A stretch of DNA of 63,973 bases, the filler included, from Perkinsus chesapeaki ATCC PRA-425 (taxonomy: Eukaryota > Protista > Perkinsozoa): the NCBI GenBank assembly GCA_013115145.1. It is 6 parts of 6 records of this genome, joined end to end, with 100 filler letters (N's around TTAATTAATTAA, not from the genome) between each part and the next. Parts side by side here need not be neighbours in the genome. Positions count along the whole stretch, not along the records: positions 7,847 to 33,002 come from JAAPAO010000532.1; 5 more parts are not named here. One strand, 5' to 3'. A program made the position numbers and the translations under genes. The notes below the pieces were generated by a model. That model had not been told where the DNA came from. It made no database searches and saw only the letters and a list, made by a program, of their open reading frames with translations. Numbering within the stretch: position 1 is the stretch's first letter; each line of letters starts with the position of its first letter. Shown here piece by piece: positions 11,839 to 21,915 of the stretch.

Positions 11839-12079
11839 GTTGTGATAGTCGCTGGTACTACTAGCTCGGCTCGTCTCGCATTCTGAGTCTGCAAAGAAAT
11901 AATATCCTGTAACCTGAATCAATAAAACTGAGAGGCACAATGCCGTAGTAGGCTCACCAGAGCTGTCGAGTGCTTACATCTTCCAAATATTTACCTCGCA
12001 GACCAAAATCAGTCTCGAGTTCCCGTCGGCCAGCTGGAAAAGACGAGCTGCATCTGAAGTTTACGAATCGACTTGGGCA

Positions 12080-12101
12080 TTGCTGACTCAGCAATGCTGA
12101 G
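12080..12101. repeat. 22-nt zig-zag scar (inferred TSD TTGCTGAG)
   Basis: T TGCTGA C TCAGCA A TGCTGA G, perfect; the left palindrome extends to 10-bp arms (12077-12097). Confidence 0.75.
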
Positions 12102-12299
12102 ATATACAGGCTACAAAAGCTGTGCACTCTGGACTGCCTTCAACACTTGGTTTAGCATATGCGGCCCCAACGGCCTCAAGGAAGCTGGAAAGGTGAACAC
12201 TGCATGATTGGAGACTCAGTTTCCGAGACTGTATGTTGTGCGATGAATGTTGGGCTTACCCAACGAATTCATATTTGACATCTAGCACGGGACAGCTAG

Positions 12300-12591
12300 C
12301 GACTGCTCCCAAGAACAGATCAGGGTGCTGAACTCGGGCCCAGGCCGCGACGCTCTAAAACGAGATAACATGTACTGACAAGTTGATAACACGACTATGG
12401 GGGATTACCCCAGAAAAGCTGCAACCAGTCGAAACAAACTTGACTCCGGTGAGGTTATACATCTTGATGAGATACTCTCGGAAGTTCCAACTTGGGGCAA
12501 GCCGTTGGATGAATCTGCAGAGCTTCAAAATTCGTAAACCCATGTAGAAAAGAAGCCAGGAAAGGCGCCCTGAATGCGAAAAACCTGCCAC
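12300..12591 (-). pseudogene. Frameshifted coding fragment paralogous to 14313-14558
   Basis: YLIKMYNLTGVKFVSTGCSFSGVIP, then after a frameshift FRASRPGPEFSTLICSWEQ; the paralog reads YLIKTYNLTGLKFVLMGCSCAGVLP...FRVSQHGPVFSTLICSWEL. Confidence 0.55.
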
Positions 12592-12991
12592 AATGAGTGA
12601 AATTGTGGAACGAGAATCTAAAAAATCAGAAGTGACACAAGTATACTGAACATTGTTGAACGCAGCAGAAGCCCAAAGATCAAGATATGTTGACCAACCG
12701 ACATTGTCGATAGACTAACTAGTCGAGTGCTAATTACTATTAGTGGTTGTCGATTCGACAACGCCCTATCAGATATTACAAGCCAAAAGTTGATTGACAC
12801 CGGGTTTACCGGTACTATTCGGTGAACCAAAGCTGTCCGTGATGAATGATAAGTGATCGAGAGAGTGGGATGATATTATCATTAGATGGAAAAACGATAC
12901 GGTTCGTAACTTAACGCTCCGTTGGAGTGAAAACAATCATAGATTATGAGAGTATCCCGGCAGCCCAGACTTGCCCGACGGCTCGAGCCTG

Positions 12992-13327
12992 CTACCAATT
13001 ATCGAAGGAGTTAATACCGAAAGTACGACCTATTCTGAGGTAGATGTGGTTACCATTGAAGATCTCCCGATAACCGGATTCTATATACCACATACACTGC
13101 GGCAACCCGGTCTTGTTTATTAAGGTATGGATGCATTCGGGAAGAATCTTGTTGTAGCAATCTACAAGCTGGACGTTGTCGCATTTGTGCACCGTACCAG
13201 TCGGCGATTTCATTTGGATATCAGCAAGTATATGAGTATCATTGCGTTCTGAGACATACCAGTCCATAATCCATCCCAAAGAATTTTCTCCATGGAAATG
13301 TTTTTTTGTAGGAAACGTCATGTACAA
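12992..13327 (-). CDS. Hypothetical protein or exon (111 aa)
   Basis: ATG-started ORF with natural-looking composition; no recognisable motif. Confidence 0.35.
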   Translation of the reverse strand: MYMTFPTKKHFHGENSLGWIMDWYVSERNDTHILADIQMKSPTGTVHKCDNVQLVDCYNKILPECIHTLINKTGLPQCMWYIESGYREIFNGNHIYLRIGRTFGINSFDNW

Positions 13328-13440
13328 AGATGACTTCTTATAACTTCGAAGCAGTGAGGATCAACACTAACTTTTTCATTCGCTCACCACTGGAGGGTCG
13401 TAGTGGCAGGCCCACACAGGTACCGCGCGCCAGCGCGTCA

Positions 13441-13512
13441 CCCCGGGGGGGGGGGGGGCCCCCCCCCCCCCCCCCCCCGGCCCCCCCCGCCCCCCCCCCC
13501 CCCCCCGGGGGG
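13441..13512. repeat. Poly-G/poly-C low-complexity tract
   Basis: About 70 nt of G and C runs flanked by CCCCGGGG. Confidence 0.85.
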
Positions 13513-13812
13513 CACGCCACTTCCGCAGTCTTCTTTTGCAGCCGTTCTCTTAAGCTATTATCCGCAACCCGTCGGTTGTTGTGTTCGGGCATCCAACTGT
13601 CGTCAGAGTGCACTAAACGCTTAGCATCTCATGGTGACGTGACGATGGTGGTGACGGTTCGGCGACTGTTTCCATCATCACAAATGGGTCACAAGTAGGT
13701 TCACAGATAGGGGGCCAAATAGGTTCAACCAACTGATTCTGAGTTATAGTAAGTGAATCAGTGGTGAAGAAAAATAAGCGATTAGTAGTAAACAGCCATG
13801 AAGATGATTGTG

Positions 13813-13873
13813 AGAAATGATAACTCCAAACTAATAACAGGGCCCCTGTTATTAGTTTGGAGTTATCATTTCT
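13813..13873. repeat. Perfect palindrome, 30-bp arms, 1-nt centre
   Basis: AGAAATGATAACTCCAAACTAATAACAGGG C CCCTGTTATTAGTTTGGAGTTATCATTTCT. Confidence 0.95.
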
Positions 13874-14312
13874 GTTACAGGGGTGTCGATCCTCGAAGGA
13901 ATCCTACGGTAGGATAACCTCTTCGATAGTATCAGTGGTGCACTATGTCGGAGCTGGTAAACTTCAGTTTGATAACAGGATGGTTGTCCGTTACGGGGAT
14001 AATGAATAAAGTATTAAAGATGATAAACTACATGTACGGTACATGATATACCTCGATGAACTGACGAACATTGCGACTCCGGACGCGAAATCGAAGATCC
14101 CAGTGGCAAAATTGAATGACCTTGTTGAGAGAGCTTGAACGTATTATTTGATGATAAAGCGAATTTTTATACGAACGACAGTATGAGCATCTGTGCCTTC
14201 GGGTGTAAAATATCTCCTTTTCATTGCGGACGGGGAAATAACATGAATGAATCTCTCTGGAAAGATTAAACTCCATGAAGCTTTGTCGGGAAAGCTAGCT
14301 ATGGGCCATAGT

Positions 14313-14558
14313 CTATAACTCCCAGGAACAGATCAGGGTGCTGAACACGGGGCCATGCTGCGAGACTCTGAAATAACTCACGGGTGAGTTGACGACGCAA
14401 TTATAGGGGAGTACCCCGGCACAGCTGCAACCCATCAGAACAAATTTGAGTCCAGTGAGGTTATACGTCTTAATGAGGTACCCGTGGGACGATACCAGAT
14501 CGGCTATTGCCTGTGTCACGGTGAGTAATGTAAGGTCGGCGGCTGTTGCGGAGGTCAA
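14313..14558 (-). CDS. Coding fragment paralogous to 12300-12591, function unknown
   Basis: Amino-acid-level similarity to the 12.3-12.6 kb fragment; this copy has no frameshift. Confidence 0.45.
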   Translation of the reverse strand: MTSATAADLTLLTVTQAIADLVSSHGYLIKTYNLTGLKFVLMGCSCAGVLPYNCVVNSPVSYFRVSQHGPVFSTLICSWEL

Positions 14559-16149
14559 CGGGAGCGATTGCCCATAGGACGTACCACCAAATACTGCCGG
14601 GTTACAGATCGCTCAATTACAGACGGTCGAAGGCCACAGTATCCCATCTATGTTCAAGAGCCGCCACAATGCTTTGTGTGCACAAACCGATAAAGAGCAA
14701 ATCCGAAGGAAAGTCGTTGATCTCCTCTCGGTTTGAGTTGCCTCTCACATCGATTATAACCAGCTGAAGAGCAGGGGAATGACAGACCGAGCAGCAGTTA
14801 ACTTATGTACTTGAGTTGAACTCAATGACTTCCCGAGGGCTTCACAAGTTCTGTAGTGTATAGATACAGCTGCTTGAATGTACCTGGAAAAACGGTTGAT
14901 GGATTATGAGTCCGATGTCAAGTAGTTGGATTCCTGAACAAATATGTTCTTTTCAGATAAAGCAAGGAGAAGCACGGAGCGAGGAACGGCGCCAAACTGG
15001 CAGTGTAGATTATCATTTTATCAAAGCCGATTGACTGCTACGGCAACTTACAGACTGGGATACACACTCTTAGTACAAAGTCGAGCATAGGAGGAGCGAA
15101 GATACAAGATGAGTATCGAGCAGGTTATTCAGAATAAGTTGTCGATGATTTCATACCGTTCGTGACGCCCGGCCGTGTAATTATGACATCGAAGATCACT
15201 TATGATTTACAAAGATCGTTTATGTCGTACACGTAGTAAAAGCGAAATTAACTCTCTTAAAGATTGCGTTTGTAAGTATGAGTTCCGCAATATGCGTTCA
15301 ACTTGCCGTTCCTTGCCGTTCAACTTGCAGCCCTCAAATATATCTAAGCAGTTCAACACATCCATAAGCCAGTATGCTTTATCGATACTATCTTATACAG
15401 AAATGCACTTCGACCTCAAACAAGGGGTATAATCAGTTTAACATAATCAGTGTATCTCATTATCGCTTTAAAAAATTCGTATTTTCGGTTATCGAATAAT
15501 TTCAAATTATCAATAACCGAAATGGTAGGTTTATCGTAACCCTGGTGAGAGTGTCTACGGGTGTGAAGGGGGCGCAACTCCATTATATCTCGAGTGCTCT
15601 GTGTCACACAAGTTTTATGTGAGTTATAGGCTAACGTATACTGCCATTGTCACTGTACGGTTCACCGAATACGAATGCAACTAATGCCAAGAGTTCCAAC
15701 TTGCCATACGTGTAAAGGACAGCTGCTAACTACTACTTTTTGTTCATATTATTGGATGGTTTCATTTCTGTTGCATATCGGTACGATCAGTGCGATAGTA
15801 CTCGATATTATCAATACGGCAATGACTTCGGTTGAATGATGTTTGGTTTCTAACGGAGTGTCTCTTGTGGACCAAACTGCCACGATTACATCACCTGCCA
15901 GTTTCGGTATGATGTCAAGTGAAAAGCGTGAGCCACTGATGAACCAAACAACTAGAAATAAAGCAATATCACAAGACATGTGGGCCGTGCGACATCAAGC
16001 TCCCTCTACTGTATGGTCCTGAAAATACAGTGAAGGAAAGATGTTTTAGGTAACACTTACAACGGCTGCTATTGGCTCTGCGTGAGGAGCACTCGACGCT
16101 GGTCCGTCTGAAGCATCTATCAACGAAGTCTATAGGATTCGGATCTTAC

Positions 16150-16673
16150 CTGACGCGGATGGCTGCGCTCCCATAGACTTGAAAAGCAGGACAGTATTTC
16201 CGGAATTAATGTCATGAAAAAGAACCTGAAAAAAGCTAACTAAAGTTAAAGTTGAGTTCTTACCGCATGGCTCCTTTCGTACGTCACCGATCCGCCAAAG
16301 GACTTCCCGACTATACAGTGCCATGGGCCCTATAAAAAGAGATATCCAACTGCGAGCCAAATAATCACTTTTCCTGGTATCTGGTTGAACTCCGGATCTT
16401 GGTCCATGGTCGTCTTTATGCTCTCCGCGACGTCTTTTGATAGCGCATGCTTGCCCAGCGCATCCGCGACGACTGAGATTGAATAGTAATTCCAGCGACG
16501 ATGAAAGTGCCACTCACGCAGTCTAATTTTATTAGTTTGCTCCTCATCGAAGTCGCACTTTTTCATCCGAATCCTAAATAACAGTATCGCCTCCCTTCGA
16601 GTGTTATCGCTTACGGTGGCAAACTTTCGAGTTGCTTTCGAAGAGCGTCTTCCTCCTCGTCGATTTCGGACAT
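16150..16673 (-). CDS. Dynein light chain type 1 (LC8-family) protein, at least 5 exons; last exon unresolved
   Basis: Splicing at canonical GT-AG sites with consistent phases gives MSEIDEEEDALRKQLESLPPIRMKKCDFDEEQTNKIRLLVADALGKHALSKDVAESIKTTMDQDPEFNQIPGKGPWHCIVGKSFGGSVTYERSHAVLFHDINSGNTVLLFKS. It carries the LC8 signature WHCIVGxxFGxxVT..E and the terminal LLFKS. Confidence 0.88.
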
Positions 16674-18016
16674 TTAATCAACGATTACCTTAACCACCGC
16701 TAATTTACTAACAAAATGCACTTGGTTCTTAAGGACAACATAACTCCTAATACAACATGCTCACTCTGGTGAAATATCGATGCTCTCAGCGACGGTACCT
16801 TGAGAAACTGTAAGACAGGAGGATGGTCTTATTTGCGACCCTACTTATTGTTTCACGTTCAAGTGCGTCACTATGCCAAGCGCGTAGACTTCTTATTTCT
16901 TCAAGTGACATCTCCAGTTCCATCAGAACGGATGCAACTACCAAAGACGCTTCACACTTCCAATATCGATTCCCGTACCATCATCGGCCTTGCTCTTCAA
17001 GAGGGCTTCCAATTCCGGTGCGTAAGATCTGCTATCCTAAAGAGGAAAAGCTGACTCGCATTTTTCTTCGATTTTTTTGTCGTATTCTAGACATTTATAA
17101 TACTATACTATAATTATCACATAACTTTTCTGATAACACTCCTGAAGCATCCTCCAGAATGGGTACTGGATGCTCCCCATTAAGCCGTAGCAAGGCACAA
17201 AAAATTGTTATGAACTTCCTTTACAGGTAGAGAATTTCGCTACCGCAATTGAGTATTCCCAAACAGCGCAGTTTAAAACGGAGAAGATCATAATATAGAA
17301 GAGTACAGTGTCCGAGTTAGAGGAATGTTTCAAATATGCTCCTTACCCTAGGAGACTGTTGCAGTCTTTCCTCCCTAGTGGATGCTCTGTAGTGCTCGTG
17401 GCTCTCTGATGGCTTATAATATTTACAGCAATAAATGCATTTCTTCTTCGGCTCAACTGGCCTCGCTTCGATAGTATCGACGGCGACTTTAGGTGGACGG
17501 AAGTGTGTCATTAAGAGAGACTTGCTACATCACAGAGGTCATGTTGCCGAGAACGCTAAAGAGGTATACGCACTTGCTCGTCTTCATGTGTAGTCGGAAA
17601 GGAAAAGAAAATTTCTCCACAGTTCTTTCCAGAGAAAACTCACTAAGTTCCATTATCTTTCCTTCGGAAAAGCGTTTACGGTGATTTATACCAAATTATT
17701 TAGCAACGGACAGTGAGGTATGGTGGGTCCTACCAGAAAAAGTGTTGAAAACGATTTCGGACTTCGAAAAGCACGTCCCTAGCAAATGAGAAACCATTGA
17801 AAATGACGTGAAATCGAAGCAAGGACCAGACTCTTCACCAAAAGGTACAAACTGCTGAAGTATGATACTTCAAGTATCTTTGTTAAGTCACCAATCATTA
17901 TCGGTACTACAGACTTTGATGTCGGCAAGCGGGGAGACCGTACGGGAATCATCAAAGATATCACCAACAGACCTCTCCGTTAATAACACAACCCAACTAT
18001 AGTGTACAAATATTCA

Positions 18017-19102
18017 TCAACTTAGAAACGTATCACGTAAAGGGTTCGGTGGTGGCAACGGCGAGCTGATAAGTTCGTCAGCTGGTCCTCCTGTCAGAGG
18101 CCTCTCCGGCACCTTCGATTCTCGCCATAGTTTCTCGTATTTATCGTCCTCCTTAACGATCTCTGTCCGTGGCGGCGGCGGTGCTGTCGTTTTTCTGGAC
18201 TTCAGCTCAGCTTCCAAAACCGCTACTCGAGCTGCAAGATCCTGTTTTTGCTTCACCGCATCGAAAGCCCTATCTCGCCATTTAACGATCTCGGCCTTCA
18301 ATGAGGCGATCTCCTTGGAGTACTTCTCCTGGCTTGCAATGTCCGACCATTCTGATTCGTAGTTCCTTTTATTTTCATCAGATCGTAGCGCTTGTGTTTC
18401 ATCTGGCAGCTTCCCGTGCACTTCGTTATTATTGCATGTTTTCTTTATCACCGAAACTATTCTCCTACTGGCTTCCTGAGTCGGCGCCTTTCCAGCATAA
18501 TAATACAGGTCATCTCCACAAAGACTTCTATCTTTCTCGAGCATCAACTCAAAGGCTTCATCCCTGCCTTCTGCACAGGCCACTTCAATCAGAGCCATGC
18601 CAGTGGGGTCTTCCTCTCTGGGATCGACCCCCATACCGATCAACGTCGAAACTATCTCCAAATAGCCCTTCCGACCGCTTTGCAGAGCATAGTGCCCACA
18701 TAGCTGGCGATCATTGGTCGTAAGAGTGTGACCGTACCGGTCGACGATCGCCCGGAAAGCTCGCACTTCCCCAGAACCGCACGAGTTCAAAAACACCGAG
18801 GAAAGTTCCTTGGCTGCCGGCTGCCTGGCTAGATCGTTGAACTCTCTTTGTGGCGATGGGACTGATGTACCAAGTGTAACAAAGCAGATGAGGGACGCTA
18901 TTATTATTAGGAAGACTATAACCCTGACAGGGTCCATAGTAATCGCTTCATGCCCTTTTCGTATCGTTCCTCTTATCGAATCCTCCAAGTCCACCATTGG
19001 TGAAGTGGTGTACGACTTTCTCCGTGATTTACTGGGCGATATGTCTAATAGATCATCTCCTTGTTGCCGCATACGTTGTTGAGGGCCTCTCATCGGTTGC
19101 AT
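18017..19102 (-). CDS. Single-pass membrane protein with ankyrin repeats, a coiled coil and a Pro-rich tail
   Basis: 361-aa ORF with TM VRVIVFLIIIASLICFVTLG; ankyrin-like GYLEIVSTLIGMGVDPREEDPTGMALIEVACAEGRDEAFELML; coiled coil EIASLKAEIVKW...RVAVLEAELK; PPPP motifs. It may continue through further exons toward ~17.3 kb. Confidence 0.75.
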   Translation of the reverse strand: MQPMRGPQQRMRQQGDDLLDISPSKSRRKSYTTSPMVDLEDSIRGTIRKGHEAITMDPVRVIVFLIIIASLICFVTLGTSVPSPQREFNDLARQPAAKELSSVFLNSCGSGEVRAFRAIVDRYGHTLTTNDRQLCGHYALQSGRKGYLEIVSTLIGMGVDPREEDPTGMALIEVACAEGRDEAFELMLEKDRSLCGDDLYYYAGKAPTQEASRRIVSVIKKTCNNNEVHGKLPDETQALRSDENKRNYESEWSDIASQEKYSKEIASLKAEIVKWRDRAFDAVKQKQDLAARVAVLEAELKSRKTTAPPPPRTEIVKEDDKYEKLWRESKVPERPLTGGPADELISSPLPPPNPLRDTFLS

Positions 19103-21471
19103 AGGAATGCCTCCAGGATCTGGCGAACCATACCTACTAAAGTTAATGAAGTTAAACGAAGGAGTCGAGGCTTACCGCGAGTCAGCGCTAGAAGAGGATG
19201 AAGGCTTTGAAGGCTCAGAGGAAGGTTGAAGCATGAATTATAGGAACACTGTTGCGACGAAGGTCGCATCTTGGACACCCGTTGAGGAAATGCAAGACTG
19301 AGTAAGAATGGCAAGAATTGATTTTGATTCTGACGCGCTCGCCTAGAAAAACCACGGCCCCGAGAGAACGTAGAATGGCTAGATGGCTGCAGGTGGTGAT
19401 GCTATAGTAGTACGCATGGGAAAATGTGACACGTGAGCTCTTCTAGCTTAAACATTAAGTATGAACGCAAGACAACTTGTTCTGAAAACGCCAGGAGTCC
19501 ATGCTAACGTTGCAGCGGTGAAGCGAGACGTATACGATTCCCGGTGTACTAACCACAGGGATGGATTCGTTACTGAGAGACTGGGACAGCGTTTGCTTGA
19601 GAATTGAACAGCAGTATCACACCGCGTGGGTTAGCGTGCGATGTGAAACAGAGAGATAAACGAAGAATGTTGCGATGTGAGTGAGATCATATCACGTCTA
19701 TAGAGTACCTGTAGAGAATATTCAGTCGTATGCAGTGTGTACTCTACACCGGGTTCATACTGTTGACTGGTGCACTTCATACTGTTCGAGCTACCAGTCG
19801 ACTATGCTCAGTGGGCTACTACCTTTCACAAAAAGGGCCGGAGCATAGGCCGCTAGACGGACGCGTGTGGATACATAGCAAAAGCCGTACATCCCAGTGT
19901 TTGGAGCAGTCAGTAGGGGGTTGAAATACGGTAGTCTCGCATAATCAACGTCGATCGAGCTCAGAAGTTGTGATGTCGTGAGAATAGGAACCCCAGACTC
20001 GGAGAGGGAAGTGCCAGTATCTACAGGTTCCTCAATTAGCGCCGAGCCGCCAAGATTCAGCTGGGAGTGCAAAGCCAGCAAATTATTTGCCTCCTCAGGG
20101 TTCCTGTTAATAATTACACCTCTAAAAGAAAACAACCGTCACTGGATACCTATTAATTCGGAGATTCTTACATTCTATTGTTCTGGAAACATCGGAAAAA
20201 CAACATGGAATCATAGGGTAAAGCTTGATCCACTCCTCGCTTGCGCGAGTTCGACCCCTGCATATGGCGGAAATATGACAGGTGATCCTTGTCGCGGGAT
20301 TTGACGAAGAGCATGAGCTGTACCGCTGAGGATCGATCCTTGCCGACAGCCCATTGCTCTTCGACACTTTGGTATGTTAAAACTTGTGGCAACGTGACCT
20401 TGGGTAAGTCTGCAACCGCACGCAGAGCGGTAATCGTATCCTCGCCTGGATGATGCTTAGACTGTCTAAGTACATGTCTAAGTTAGACATGACGAGTGTC
20501 GTAAGTACGATGAACGCGAGAAGTTGTAACTAAGACAATGCTAATGAATTTCCAACGAATATTGACGCATGACGAATATTTTAGCAGGGAAATTTGACGA
20601 TTATTTATTCACATTTTTTATGTGATTTTACACTTTTTCGTACTTGAGAATTACAAGGAAGGAAAACGGACGACAGATAATATTGACGGTGTGTGATTCT
20701 GCGCGATTGCCGTGATTAGTCACAGGCTGTGAAGGTTTCGAGACTAACGACCGAACATGACCACTCAACGCACAAGGGGATACACCATCAGGGACAAATA
20801 ATGCAACCCTCCCTTGGAAAAGGTCAGAATATACAAATTAGTATCAATTGGTATCCGAGTGTGCAGTGGGTAAGTTGGTATCGCTCTGAGGTATACAAGA
20901 TGCTACGTGGATGAATTGGTCCGTGGATCAGTTGATAGTGGGAGGAATGGACTACACATACCTTAGTGAGGGATACACAATCATCGAGTAACAGTGACAG
21001 CGGGTTGAATGATCTCGGTTTTACACCCAAAACCTCCGTGCCTTGAAATCCGGCCCGTCTACAACCCTAGCTCGAGACACAATATGAAGGTCTACGTCCC
21101 TCGTAATGCACACTCCCGTCTGACCTCTGCCTCGTGCTTATTTAATAGTTAGTTTCCGGAAGATGACATAGAACGTGTCACCTCCGTATGACGTGACATA
21201 TTGAATCAGTCACTCGCGTGGGCGAGGTAACAGTCCCACTGTGAATATGGCTTGGTTAGACTTTCCAGTATTTGTGCAGCTTTCGAGAGGGTCAATACCT
21301 ATACTGTTATTGCCCTTCAATCGAGAAGAATGTACTGTGTGTATGAATCAATTGCGCTAGCCATTCAATCATTGAATTTCAATAGCCATCAATGGCTGTC
21401 ATTGATAACCATTGAGCCGTCTTGCCATTTTGGCCTCGTAAGAGCTTGTCCTAAGAAACCACTGGTTATTC

Positions 21472-21915
21472 TTGACAAGCTTGCTTCATCTACATCTCTG
21501 CTACATCATCATCTGCTTCTTACTCGTGGTGCTTGGAGCTCATCTCTCGATGCCAGCTTCTGGACTCGATGGTAATTATTCCTATGCGAGCGACTATAAA
21601 TGGTGTGTTCAAACTGAATGGTTCACAGATGAAGAATACAAGTCAGTCACATTCCGTATACATCGTTATATTTATCCTAGTGCGAGCTTTCATGCGCAAT
21701 TCTCTGTTAATAACAAGTCTATGACCCATTACTATGTAACTGGTCCTGAACTGTATTATTACGACTTAATAAGATTCGCGGCTCGATACTCTGTACCGTT
21801 GCGCTCGGGAGATCTTCGTGAATTCTCTTATGTAGCCGAGAATGATGAACTGCGTACTCTTATTGATGGTACTGATACAATACTAGCTCATGAAGCATGT
21901 CCACCGGTTCGCTGA
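21472..21915 (+). CDS. Small secreted-type protein of the same architecture as 1734-2177; no in-frame ATG before the signal peptide
   Basis: Hydrophobic CYIIICFLLVVLGA, then LDGNYSY, ...GDLREFSY...LRTLIDG..ILAHEAC. The ORF starts at TTG; the first ATG (21549) lies after the hydrophobic core. Confidence 0.6.
   Translation: MTSLLHLHLCYIIICFLLVVLGAHLSMPASGLDGNYSYASDYKWCVQTEWFTDEEYKSVTFRIHRYIYPSASFHAQFSVNNKSMTHYYVTGPELYYYDLIRFAARYSVPLRSGDLREFSYVAENDELRTLIDGTDTILAHEACPPVR

Noticed and set aside
13330-13698. Pro/Gly-rich (formin- or extensin-like) ORFs
   Set aside because: They come only from the G/C homopolymer tract, in three overlapping frames.
20243-20270. GCGAG TTCGACC CCTGC as a tRNA T-arm
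   Set aside because: Mismatched stem, no oligo-T and no supporting register.
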